Virus record (IMG/VR): IMGVR_UViG_3300008111_000001
Reading direction: 5' to 3' (one strand)
DNA length: 64,000 nt
DNA from: a virus
Positions 55,739-64,000 of the stretch are shown here, piece after piece (positions within the stretch are counted from its first letter, which is position 1; every line of letters begins with the position of its first letter). The position numbers and the translations under genes were made by a program. The notes under the pieces are model-generated. The model was not told the DNA's origin. It did no database searches and saw nothing but the letters and a program-made list of their open reading frames with translations.

Positions 55739-58483
55739 ATGGCTGTACATGAATACGTGAAATATATACAATACACACTGGCTGCTGCTGGTTTTTATAA
55801 TAAAGCCATAGATGGAGAATATGGTTCATCTACCGCATCTGCTGTTAGATCTTTTCAAGTTGAAAACAATGAAAGATATATAGACGGAAAAGTTGATAGT
55901 GAAACAAAATGGTATTTAGCTAAATATTGGTTAACTTTAAAATCAACAAATAACCAATTGTTTGAAAGCTGGAAATCATTTGCGTCTGAAGATATTAGAA
56001 AGTATATACAAAAAGTTGAAGAAATGGGATTGGCGCCAGATATTGGAAGTGGTAAAGTTTATAGAAAAACAACATTCACCGGTGTCGCTGGGCCAAGTTC
56101 TGCTTCCGATGTAATATTTTTTGAAATACCACAATCAGTTATTGGTATTGAAAAAATTATCATAGTTCCAGATCAAGACATAAGATGGAGAAATTACAAA
56201 GCCATTTCTTTTGGTTGGCATTCCGCTTTTTCTTCAAATATATTTGATTATCCAAACATTGAAGCATTAGATTTGTCCGCTGCTTCAGGAAATATAGAAA
56301 TACCCATGAACAACAGGTCTGCTGCTAGCGCCAGATATGTATGGGTTAACATTGTGGGTGGCCCAATATATGGATTGGGTCAAGGCGAGGGTTTTGGTAT
56401 ATCTGAAATTAATATTTCAGCCTTAGTTCAAGATCCAGATATAACTCAGGTAGTAGATTATGATGATCCAATTAGAATCAGCGTGAAAGCTAATTTCATT
56501 ACTTCGTTGAAAGATGTCACTCCGTCTTCACCAGCTCTAATTGATCTTTCAAATGTAGAAAGAGTTTCTTCTCAGCAAACGCAATATATATCTTCATTAA
56601 CATACTATCCTGATGGAATTAATCAAAGACAATTGACATTTACTTCTGGGTCAGGAATTAATCTTAACAGTGTTGACTATACGTTAACCGGAGAATATGA
56701 AATAAAAATTGCCAACTTTAGAAGCAACGTCGTATCTGGAACATTTACTTTGGCTAATCTAACATTGTCAGACACAACAAGTCTGGGTGAGACAATATCA
56801 GGTTCGCCTATATCAATAAGGCAAACACAAGAGAATAATGTGATGCTAGAAACTTCTAGCACGTTTTATGGAGATGCGCTTACCAGGACAACGGAAATAG
56901 ATCTGTCTTCTGGCTATAGGCTAAAGAATCGTCTTGGCCAAATGTTTCCGGAAGGAAAGAATTCTATTAACTACGGTGATGGGATTTTATTGTTGTGCGA
57001 CTCAAATGGAAAGCCTGTTGGTTTGCCGACGCTAGCCCAAATATCCGCTTCAATATCAAATCCAACAACTTTAGCGCAGGAAGAAAGAGACATTGCCTAC
57101 GGATACTTTTCGCTCGTTAATGAGTTGCCGGCGGATGGTTTAAGATATGGCTTCTATGATTTAAACACTAAAGAAATGTTAGGCAGTTCTTTGAGTTATA
57201 TTGATTTTTATACAAGGTCATCTTTTACTAATTTTGAAAATATATATATAGCAGTTTGCGCCCTGGATGCAGATGGGGCCAATGGGGACAATGAATTCGT
57301 TGGGCAGAATAATTCAACCACATTTATACCAGTAAGAATTCCACTAAAATATCTAACGCCTGTATACTCTGTCAAATCCAATAACTCATCAGGAATACAG
57401 GTAAACAATATTAATGCAAACTTGTCAAAGTTTGATGCATGGGAGCTTCCAGTTACAAATGGATCGTTTAATAAAAAAATTAAGATTGATTCTTTAATTC
57501 AGTATACTGATTGGAAATCTATATATTCCGGCCAAGAAATGCTAGCAGAGTATTCGACAATGGATTTGCCCGGGGTTTCTTGGTCAAAAATATACGGATA
57601 TGGTTATTATGATGTAGCTGATGAAAATCCAATCATTGTGGATAATAGGTCGATTAGATTAAGAAAAACTCCAATTTTAAGCTGGAATCATAAAACTGAT
57701 TACAAGCAATCTATCGGGGGTATAGTTCGTCAGCAAGTAGAAATATATACTAGAACTACATTAAATTCTGCTTGGGTAAAAGTTGATGATTCACTTATAT
57801 CAGATATAGATTGTGAAAATGGATTAATAAAATTTAAAAAACGAATCATCCCAAGTGAAACATCGTTGATAAAGGTTAACTATTCAACGGTTAATAAAAA
57901 CTCTTTAGTTAGACATATAGATGGAAATCCAATACCGTTAAATCCATTTTTGAATTCCGATAATGTACAATTTGATAAGCCAATGTATATTTATCTGACG
58001 CCAAGAAATATATACAAAAAGAATACTCCTAATCAATCTGAGGTAAATATATTTAGTTACGAAAAAGTAACTGAGTACCAGTACCCCCACTTGCTTAATT
58101 TTACGTATAGTTCGACCATTTTTGATGAAACATCAATACATTACGACCCATTTGCTTTATGTATAGCAGTAATATATGTTGCCAATAATCCAAATAAAGT
58201 TAAGCCTAATTTATTTGATTTAAGATTAAGAGGTGGCGGAATAAAGGCTGATATTGAAAATTCAGACATAATAACTGAAGTTCCTGAAATTTTATCACAT
58301 TGGGACACATATCCCGCAAATGGCACCTCGTATACAAATGGTGGATATGTTATAATTAGAATACCTGAAGATGTCAAGAAAAACTTTACTTCACCACAAG
58401 AAATATATAATATTATTAGAAATAATTTAACAGCCGGAATTGTTTTCGATCTGCAAAACATGGAAGGGGAAGATTGGTCCTAA
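55739..58483 (+). CDS. Structural protein with N-terminal peptidoglycan-binding (PG_binding_1-like) domain
   Basis: VKYIQYTLAAAGFY...IDGEYGSSTASAVRSFQ......IDGKVDSET matches the three-helix PG-binding consensus; C-terminal DLRLRGGG...HWD...G..Y..GGYVIIRIP module. Confidence 0.7.
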   Translation: MAVHEYVKYIQYTLAAAGFYNKAIDGEYGSSTASAVRSFQVENNERYIDGKVDSETKWYLAKYWLTLKSTNNQLFESWKSFASEDIRKYIQKVEEMGLAPDIGSGKVYRKTTFTGVAGPSSASDVIFFEIPQSVIGIEKIIIVPDQDIRWRNYKAISFGWHSAFSSNIFDYPNIEALDLSAASGNIEIPMNNRSAASARYVWVNIVGGPIYGLGQGEGFGISEINISALVQDPDITQVVDYDDPIRISVKANFITSLKDVTPSSPALIDLSNVERVSSQQTQYISSLTYYPDGINQRQLTFTSGSGINLNSVDYTLTGEYEIKIANFRSNVVSGTFTLANLTLSDTTSLGETISGSPISIRQTQENNVMLETSSTFYGDALTRTTEIDLSSGYRLKNRLGQMFPEGKNSINYGDGILLLCDSNGKPVGLPTLAQISASISNPTTLAQEERDIAYGYFSLVNELPADGLRYGFYDLNTKEMLGSSLSYIDFYTRSSFTNFENIYIAVCALDADGANGDNEFVGQNNSTTFIPVRIPLKYLTPVYSVKSNNSSGIQVNNINANLSKFDAWELPVTNGSFNKKIKIDSLIQYTDWKSIYSGQEMLAEYSTMDLPGVSWSKIYGYGYYDVADENPIIVDNRSIRLRKTPILSWNHKTDYKQSIGGIVRQQVEIYTRTTLNSAWVKVDDSLISDIDCENGLIKFKKRIIPSETSLIKVNYSTVNKNSLVRHIDGNPIPLNPFLNSDNVQFDKPMYIYLTPRNIYKKNTPNQSEVNIFSYEKVTEYQYPHLLNFTYSSTIFDETSIHYDPFALCIAVIYVANNPNKVKPNLFDLRLRGGGIKADIENSDIITEVPEILSHWDTYPANGTSYTNGGYVIIRIPEDVKKNFTSPQEIYNIIRNNLTAGIVFDLQNMEGEDWS

Positions 58484-61078
58484 ATGATACACGCATTACC
58501 AGAAACAATTAGCTTATACTCTTCTGCTTCCAGGGCCACGGTTTCATCTCTCATAAGAGATATGAGGCTTGAAAAAACAGATTTAAATTTCCTAGTCACT
58601 AAAATGTCGAATATGACATTTGATCTAAATTATACAGGAGCAAAAGTTGCTTCTTTTTCTCTTCTAACAAAAGAAGCAATGGTCGACGCATTTAGAAACG
58701 CTTATCTAAGAATGCAAAATCTCTTCAACGCAGCAAATGCTACTGGTATAGCTTTAAATTCTATCGTTAGTGTTTTTGATTCTGAAATACAAAAAGTGGA
58801 AGAAGACCTCGATAAGCTTCAGGTATTTATAGATAATTACGAATTCATTTCTGGTAAAGATGATTTGTTTAATGCAAACTATATAGAAAAATTTGATAGC
58901 TTTCTTAATGACTACAGGGCAGACGGAATTCAATTTTCCATCCCAGATAGAGATGGGCAGGACTTTTCGGAAACTAACAACGCTTTTATAGATCCTGTTA
59001 GTGGAACTTTAAAAATTGGCAAAGGTCAAGATATCAAAAATATTATTAGAAATGTAAAGTCTATAAAAATTGCCACTAATTACAATAACTATACAACAAC
59101 TAATTCTAGTTTTGAAAACTTATTTAATGACAACTTTTTTGATTCATGGTCTGTTACGGTCAAGTCTCCGGCCATCCTATCTGCGCAACTAAAAGATTAT
59201 ATAAAGTATTTTAACTATGATTATTCGGCTATAAGTGGAGCAATTGCAGCCGTTGAGATAACTTTACAAAGGCCAATCAATATAGACACTATTAGATTCC
59301 AGCCAAATCAGTCAACTAACTTTAAGCTTCTGCAGGCTGTTGTTTATCACAATTCGCCATTAGAAGCAAACAACATCACGCCATCTGAAAATTATACAGT
59401 CCTACTAAATAATCCAGTTCTATTAAATAGAGTTTTTGATTTAAGATTTAATAAAAAATCTATTAATAAAATTATTTTTATATTTAATCAACAGGATTAC
59501 GTAAAAAATAATAGACCACCAATAAATTCTGAATTAAATTCTAAAGTTTTAGATTCTTTTGTCAAAGCTGTTATAGATGACCGCAAAAATCGTTTCAGTA
59601 AATTTCAAGATATTATTTACTGGTTCTTTAAAAGAAAAAGTACTGTAAAAGGAATTTCTAAAAATAAGAAAACAGATATAGATTACTATGCCTACAGATT
59701 CCCGCAAGAATTTGATAGTTATATCAATAATTTAGATCAACAAATAAAAGAGTTTAATAATTTAATAATAGAAGATAGAAATGTTTTTACAAATACTCCT
59801 GTTTTTGTTAATGCAATTAACTCTATGTTAAACACATTTTCAGGAAAGTATAAAATATTTGATTCCGATAAATATATCGAAGGAATAACCGCAGGCTCTT
59901 CACTTTTTGCATCCGGATTTATAATGGGGTCTAGTAGTAACGGTAGATCCACTTCTGCTCAGCAATACGATTCTGGGGCTTTAGCAGCTCCGTTAACTTC
60001 TATAAGTTCTCAAACGTCTGTGCTGGAATCCAACCTCGGTTATGAATACAGTTTTTCTCTTAAGTCTATAGAATTCATTGAAACATTAAATGATAATGTT
60101 AATAAAGCTGTTTTTGTTAGCAAAAAAATTCCTGTTAATGGACAAGTTGTCGCTGCTAAAATTAAACCGTATTTCTTTAATAACAATGCGGGAGTTGCGA
60201 GTGTAAATAGAAGCATATTGGCCCCAGCTTCATATGAATTGTCGCTGTCCAATAAGCCATTCCCTTCCAGTGAATCTGACTGGATTCCGATTTCAAGTTA
60301 TGGAAATACTTTTGTGCAATCTGAAATTCTATTCACAAATAATATAACAAGAAAAGGTACGCTAAGATTTAGGGCAAAAAATGATTCGATCACACTTTAT
60401 AAAGATGGAGTTTTAGTTCCTAGAGTTTCAGCAAACTATACCTACTCTGTAAACGAAAATAGTATTTCTATTTCAGAAAGCATATTCAATATTAATAGTA
60501 GATTTATAGTTTCTTATGATTTAGATTTTTCACTGTCCCCGCCTGATGAAGTAGATTTTATAAAAAAGAATATAATTCTTCAATCTTTGAAAAACTATTC
60601 TACAGAAGATGGTTCCGGAGAAATTTTTTCCTCCACCAATCTAAACGCATCAGTTAGATTAAGTTATGCGCCATATGTAGATAGGGATAGTTATTCTAGG
60701 ATAATATATAACAAGTCAACGGGAACGAATTTTATTAGTAATAACGCAGGGTATAATCCAGTTAGAATTGTTCTTTCAGATGGAACTGTTGCAGTTAATC
60801 TAACCAACTATTCACTGTCAGCAGAAAAGGTTTCTTTCTACTCTACAACTGAAACACTTTTCATTCAAAGTGGCAGGAATGTTGTTTTCAATAGGGTAAT
60901 TAATCAGCCATTTACGGTTTACTATCAATATATACCAAATGATTTGCGATTTAGACTGATTGTCAGAAAAAATATTATTGATTTATCTGATCCAATATCT
61001 GTAGATAGTGTTATTCTTAAAATGAAAACCATTAATAATGATCCATATTATGAGAAGTTAAATTCCTTAACATTGTAA
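58484..61078 (+). CDS. Baseplate/structural protein, paralogue A (coiled coil plus beta-sandwich)
   Basis: N-terminal helical/coiled region, E.F....D...AFIDP..G.L.I, NLFNDN..DSW discoidin-like start. Confidence 0.5.
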   Translation: MIHALPETISLYSSASRATVSSLIRDMRLEKTDLNFLVTKMSNMTFDLNYTGAKVASFSLLTKEAMVDAFRNAYLRMQNLFNAANATGIALNSIVSVFDSEIQKVEEDLDKLQVFIDNYEFISGKDDLFNANYIEKFDSFLNDYRADGIQFSIPDRDGQDFSETNNAFIDPVSGTLKIGKGQDIKNIIRNVKSIKIATNYNNYTTTNSSFENLFNDNFFDSWSVTVKSPAILSAQLKDYIKYFNYDYSAISGAIAAVEITLQRPINIDTIRFQPNQSTNFKLLQAVVYHNSPLEANNITPSENYTVLLNNPVLLNRVFDLRFNKKSINKIIFIFNQQDYVKNNRPPINSELNSKVLDSFVKAVIDDRKNRFSKFQDIIYWFFKRKSTVKGISKNKKTDIDYYAYRFPQEFDSYINNLDQQIKEFNNLIIEDRNVFTNTPVFVNAINSMLNTFSGKYKIFDSDKYIEGITAGSSLFASGFIMGSSSNGRSTSAQQYDSGALAAPLTSISSQTSVLESNLGYEYSFSLKSIEFIETLNDNVNKAVFVSKKIPVNGQVVAAKIKPYFFNNNAGVASVNRSILAPASYELSLSNKPFPSSESDWIPISSYGNTFVQSEILFTNNITRKGTLRFRAKNDSITLYKDGVLVPRVSANYTYSVNENSISISESIFNINSRFIVSYDLDFSLSPPDEVDFIKKNIILQSLKNYSTEDGSGEIFSSTNLNASVRLSYAPYVDRDSYSRIIYNKSTGTNFISNNAGYNPVRIVLSDGTVAVNLTNYSLSAEKVSFYSTTETLFIQSGRNVVFNRVINQPFTVYYQYIPNDLRFRLIVRKNIIDLSDPISVDSVILKMKTINNDPYYEKLNSLTL

Positions 61079-61088
61079 AGAGAATATT

Positions 61089-63245
61089 ATGACGCAATTA
61101 TCAGCAAGCACAATGCCTTATCAGCAGATGGTCCATAAAGTGGGTCAATTAATCACCGCAATAAACTCTGCGTCTTTGATTACCAAAGATGAAATAGCGG
61201 AACAATATGTGAAAATATTGAATGAAATCAAAGAGCAAATAGGTGGACCATTAGCGTCATACTCGCCTTTTATAAAAGGAGAACCACCAAGGTCTGAAAA
61301 GTTTAATAAGTTTTTTTCAGAGTATGCACAAGATGTTTCTATCTTATCAAAGCAAATCGACTACCTAAACGCTAAGACAATAAATATATTTAATTTATTC
61401 TCTAAAGAAATTGAAGGAGAAAAAAGATATTCAGAAAGAATAGCTTCTAAATGCAAAATCCTGCAGATGTATTCACGCAGCCCTTCTGATGACCTAGTTT
61501 ATATTGGTGACTCTTTTGAGAATGATGATTTAATTGATTATACAAAAATCACGAAGGGCTCTAATCCATTAATTAGAAACGGTGCTGCATCGCTTGCGAT
61601 AGAATCATCTAAGAGATGGACGATTAACTCCATAGAAGTTGTGTCTGGAAATGGTTTCATAGGAAACAGTCATCAGGTACTTAAGGCTAATAATGATGAA
61701 AATACTTCTGAATATAAATATGTTTTTGAAAATAATAAAACATTAAATAATTTGAGAAGCATTAACGATAATAATCCTCTTACATATTTTGAATATGAAA
61801 GTCTTAATGTTGACAAGTCAACGGCAAAACCGCCACTAACTACTATAACTCAAGAGAATGAGTTTAAGTTTCTAAAAACAGAAATGAATAGCTCTAATTC
61901 CAATGAATCTAATACAGTAGACTGGTCTTCGCATCCAGAAGAAGATCCTTTAACTTTGAAACTAAGATTAACTTCCAATTCTGGGAGAGTAGCAAACAGT
62001 ATTGATATAACTCCATTTTTTGGTTCATCTAAATATCTAGAAGTTACCGAAGTTATAGTCTTTGCTAAAGATGGGTCATCTGAAAATGTTCTAAAGCAAA
62101 ATATATTTATAGGTTCTTCGTTGATTCCTTTGAATCTTGAATTGGCGCAAAATTATTTCTACAACAAAGCGACAGTTAGATTCCCTGAAAGACAGGTTTC
62201 TAAAATAGAAATATCTTTCAGACAGCCGGCCTATTCAAATGTTGACATAAAACACGTATACTGGAAGCCAAGCTCAACTAATGTTAATAATCCGTTTGTC
62301 AACCTGTCTAGATTTAACCCCGACGCCTTGAGTAGAGACATATATGAGTCAATTAAGTATAATAAATATCAGCTAATACCTACTTTATCTAATCCAACTA
62401 AATACAAAACGAACACGCAAAATGTAGCTGATGTAAATGTTACTCTAAAAAAGAAGCCAACATCATTAACTGCATACTTTATAGCTGCTTCATTTTTAAA
62501 TGAATCAGCTACTCCAACTAGTTCTACGGTTTATTTTCATAGATGGACAATAACCGGAGAAGAGGCTCAATTTGTTTCTGAGATACTTAAAGATGAAGAT
62601 AGTTACATAACAAAAAACTATGACACAGCGTCCGCTGCTCAGGAAGATCTAAATGATCTTTTAGATTTATATTTAGGTGCCACCCCATTTTCGGATCCAG
62701 AGTTAGGGATACTGCAAGATATTTCGATTGTGCAACAGTCATTCGTGCCCGTTCAAAAAGAAATTTCCTACAGAGTTATTCTTGAGCAGGCAGAAGAACT
62801 ATATAACGCTAAAAGATGGGCAATAGGTATTAGAGATGTAGATGTATATCGGGAAACTTATAAAGATGAGATGGAAGTTGTATCTTTCCCATTCAAGTTT
62901 GATTATCCTGTTGAGTCAGTCATGCTTGATGTGCAGGCCTCTATAGATGAAGTTCACTCCGGAAGAACTAATATTCAAACCTATATATCCGCTGATCAGG
63001 GATCTAATTGGATAGAGGTTTCTCCCGTGCAATTAGATTTTACAGGTATCCCTGAGATAGTATTCTTTAACCAATCTGTACTTAATGAATATAGATTGTC
63101 TGGGGCATCATATTTATCTTTCCCAACTATTCCTAAAGAAGTTAAAGATATTATTGTTAAAATAGTTGCGCAGAAAAAAGGCGCATATAATTTTACGCCT
63201 AATATATATTCATATCAATTAATAGCTAAGGTAAAGAGATCATGA
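61089..63245 (+). CDS. Baseplate/structural protein, paralogue B
   Basis: Same layout (DSFENDDLID, PLIRNGAASL, INDNNPLTYFEYE); two ATP tripeptides. Confidence 0.5.
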   Translation: MTQLSASTMPYQQMVHKVGQLITAINSASLITKDEIAEQYVKILNEIKEQIGGPLASYSPFIKGEPPRSEKFNKFFSEYAQDVSILSKQIDYLNAKTINIFNLFSKEIEGEKRYSERIASKCKILQMYSRSPSDDLVYIGDSFENDDLIDYTKITKGSNPLIRNGAASLAIESSKRWTINSIEVVSGNGFIGNSHQVLKANNDENTSEYKYVFENNKTLNNLRSINDNNPLTYFEYESLNVDKSTAKPPLTTITQENEFKFLKTEMNSSNSNESNTVDWSSHPEEDPLTLKLRLTSNSGRVANSIDITPFFGSSKYLEVTEVIVFAKDGSSENVLKQNIFIGSSLIPLNLELAQNYFYNKATVRFPERQVSKIEISFRQPAYSNVDIKHVYWKPSSTNVNNPFVNLSRFNPDALSRDIYESIKYNKYQLIPTLSNPTKYKTNTQNVADVNVTLKKKPTSLTAYFIAASFLNESATPTSSTVYFHRWTITGEEAQFVSEILKDEDSYITKNYDTASAAQEDLNDLLDLYLGATPFSDPELGILQDISIVQQSFVPVQKEISYRVILEQAEELYNAKRWAIGIRDVDVYRETYKDEMEVVSFPFKFDYPVESVMLDVQASIDEVHSGRTNIQTYISADQGSNWIEVSPVQLDFTGIPEIVFFNQSVLNEYRLSGASYLSFPTIPKEVKDIIVKIVAQKKGAYNFTPNIYSYQLIAKVKRS

Positions 63246-64000
63246 ACATAGCGAGTGTACAGAAGTTAAAGTTTTTGAATAATGTAAATAAATTACTTTA
63301 TTCATCAGGAACCAGACCAAGTGAAATAGAAATTAGAAAATTGTTTAATGACTATTTTTCTATTTATAAATTAGGGTATCCAATACCTATGGACTATGAT
63401 ATTTTTACAAGAAAAAATGTTTTTGATCACGAAGATTTAAACGAATTAATGATAAAAGCTTTATTCAATCTAGAAGTGGCTTATGATTGTACTACTGAAA
63501 ATAACTATCAGATGATGGAAACTATCACAGCGCTGAATAAAAGATTAGATAACCTTAAGTCAAAGCGTCGAGAATTAGAAGGAAAAGTTGATGAATTAAT
63601 TTTTTCTATAAATAATTCTGATGGATTTTTTTACTCATATCTAGAAAATTTTACATCAACTAAAAATATTGATTTAAATTTAACAGACGCTTTTGTGGAT
63701 ATTAAAGCTGGAAACGCAACTATACCAATTATTAATTCTGGCGTATTTGATATGATAACATCATCTTTAATTAATCCTTCTAGTGTGACATTGTCTGTGG
63801 ATCTTAATGGCATACAGGTTGTTACTCCTTCTGTAATATCTGGACTGGAAAACATCACCGATGGATTAACTGACACATATTGGTCGTATAGATATGAGTC
63901 CGCTGAATTAGGCGTAGCCAGTGCAGTGATAACTATACCAGTTAATTCTAATTATGTAATTTCTAAAATTGAAGGCACTGTGTTGGCTTCTTCCGGAGTT
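63242..64000 (+). CDS. Baseplate/structural protein, paralogue C (3'-truncated, absent from ORF track)
   Basis: ATG 63242 (ATGA overlap); my translation stays open to the window end: MNIASVQKLKFL...ENFTSTKNID...AFVDIKAGNATIP...NITDGLTDTYWSY. Confidence 0.7.
   Translation, partial: MNIASVQKLKFLNNVNKLLYSSGTRPSEIEIRKLFNDYFSIYKLGYPIPMDYDIFTRKNVFDHEDLNELMIKALFNLEVAYDCTTENNYQMMETITALNKRLDNLKSKRRELEGKVDELIFSINNSDGFFYSYLENFTSTKNIDLNLTDAFVDIKAGNATIPIINSGVFDMITSSLINPSSVTLSVDLNGIQVVTPSVISGLENITDGLTDTYWSYRYESAELGVASAVITIPVNSNYVISKIEGTVLASSGV

Noticed and set aside
55720-55741. ORFs 52508 and 55739 are in the same frame, suggesting read-through or recoding
   Set aside because: Separated by double stop TAG TAA, and the second gene has its own AAGGA RBS; same frame has a 1-in-3 chance.
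1-64000. Alternative genetic code (stop reassignment)
   Set aside because: Coding density is near complete in the standard code, and TAA, TAG and TGA all end genes at sensible boundaries.
1-64000. tRNA genes, CRISPR array, integrase, transposase, intein
   Set aside because: Intergenic gaps are short (largest about 135 nt) and show no cloverleaf or repeat-spacer pattern; no such motifs recognised in the ORFs.

Overview
The window is a continuous plus-strand virion morphogenesis region of a large, AT-rich, contractile-tailed (myovirus-type) phage, read in the standard genetic code. Gene order: portal (5'-truncated), acidic protein, GT-A glycosyltransferase, prohead protease with a nested scaffold, decoration protein, HK97-fold major capsid protein, Ig-like and fibre proteins, neck proteins, two sheath paralogues, three tube paralogues, two paralogous tail chaperones, a 2231-aa tape measure protein, a 1689-aa protein, a 3704-aa baseplate hub, a two-domain peptidoglycan hydrolase, a spike split over two genes, gp25-like, baseplate J-like and large wedge proteins (the last truncated). 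The layout resembles the Bacillus phage 0305phi8-36 type of long-tailed myovirus (inference). Main observations: (1) the 1689-aa protein after the tape measure carries, in order, motifs of single-chain two-barrel RNA polymerases (YonO / cellular RdRP / crAss-type), with an apparently permuted catalytic barrel, a non-canonical DLDD motif and a C-terminal membrane helix, so it is a candidate ejected virion RNAP; (2) the tripeptide Ala-Thr-Pro occurs 23 times in seven predicted surface virion proteins (13 in one protein) and not in the internal giants, a candidate sequon for the head-module glycosyltransferase or a docking motif; (3) a 22-nt element just after the capsid stop codon is antisense to 23S rRNA helix 69-70, and both mismatches are G-U wobbles; (4) the hub carries a staphylococcal-nuclease-like domain behind a hydrophobic segment. 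All domain calls are from motif recognition by eye; no searches were run.
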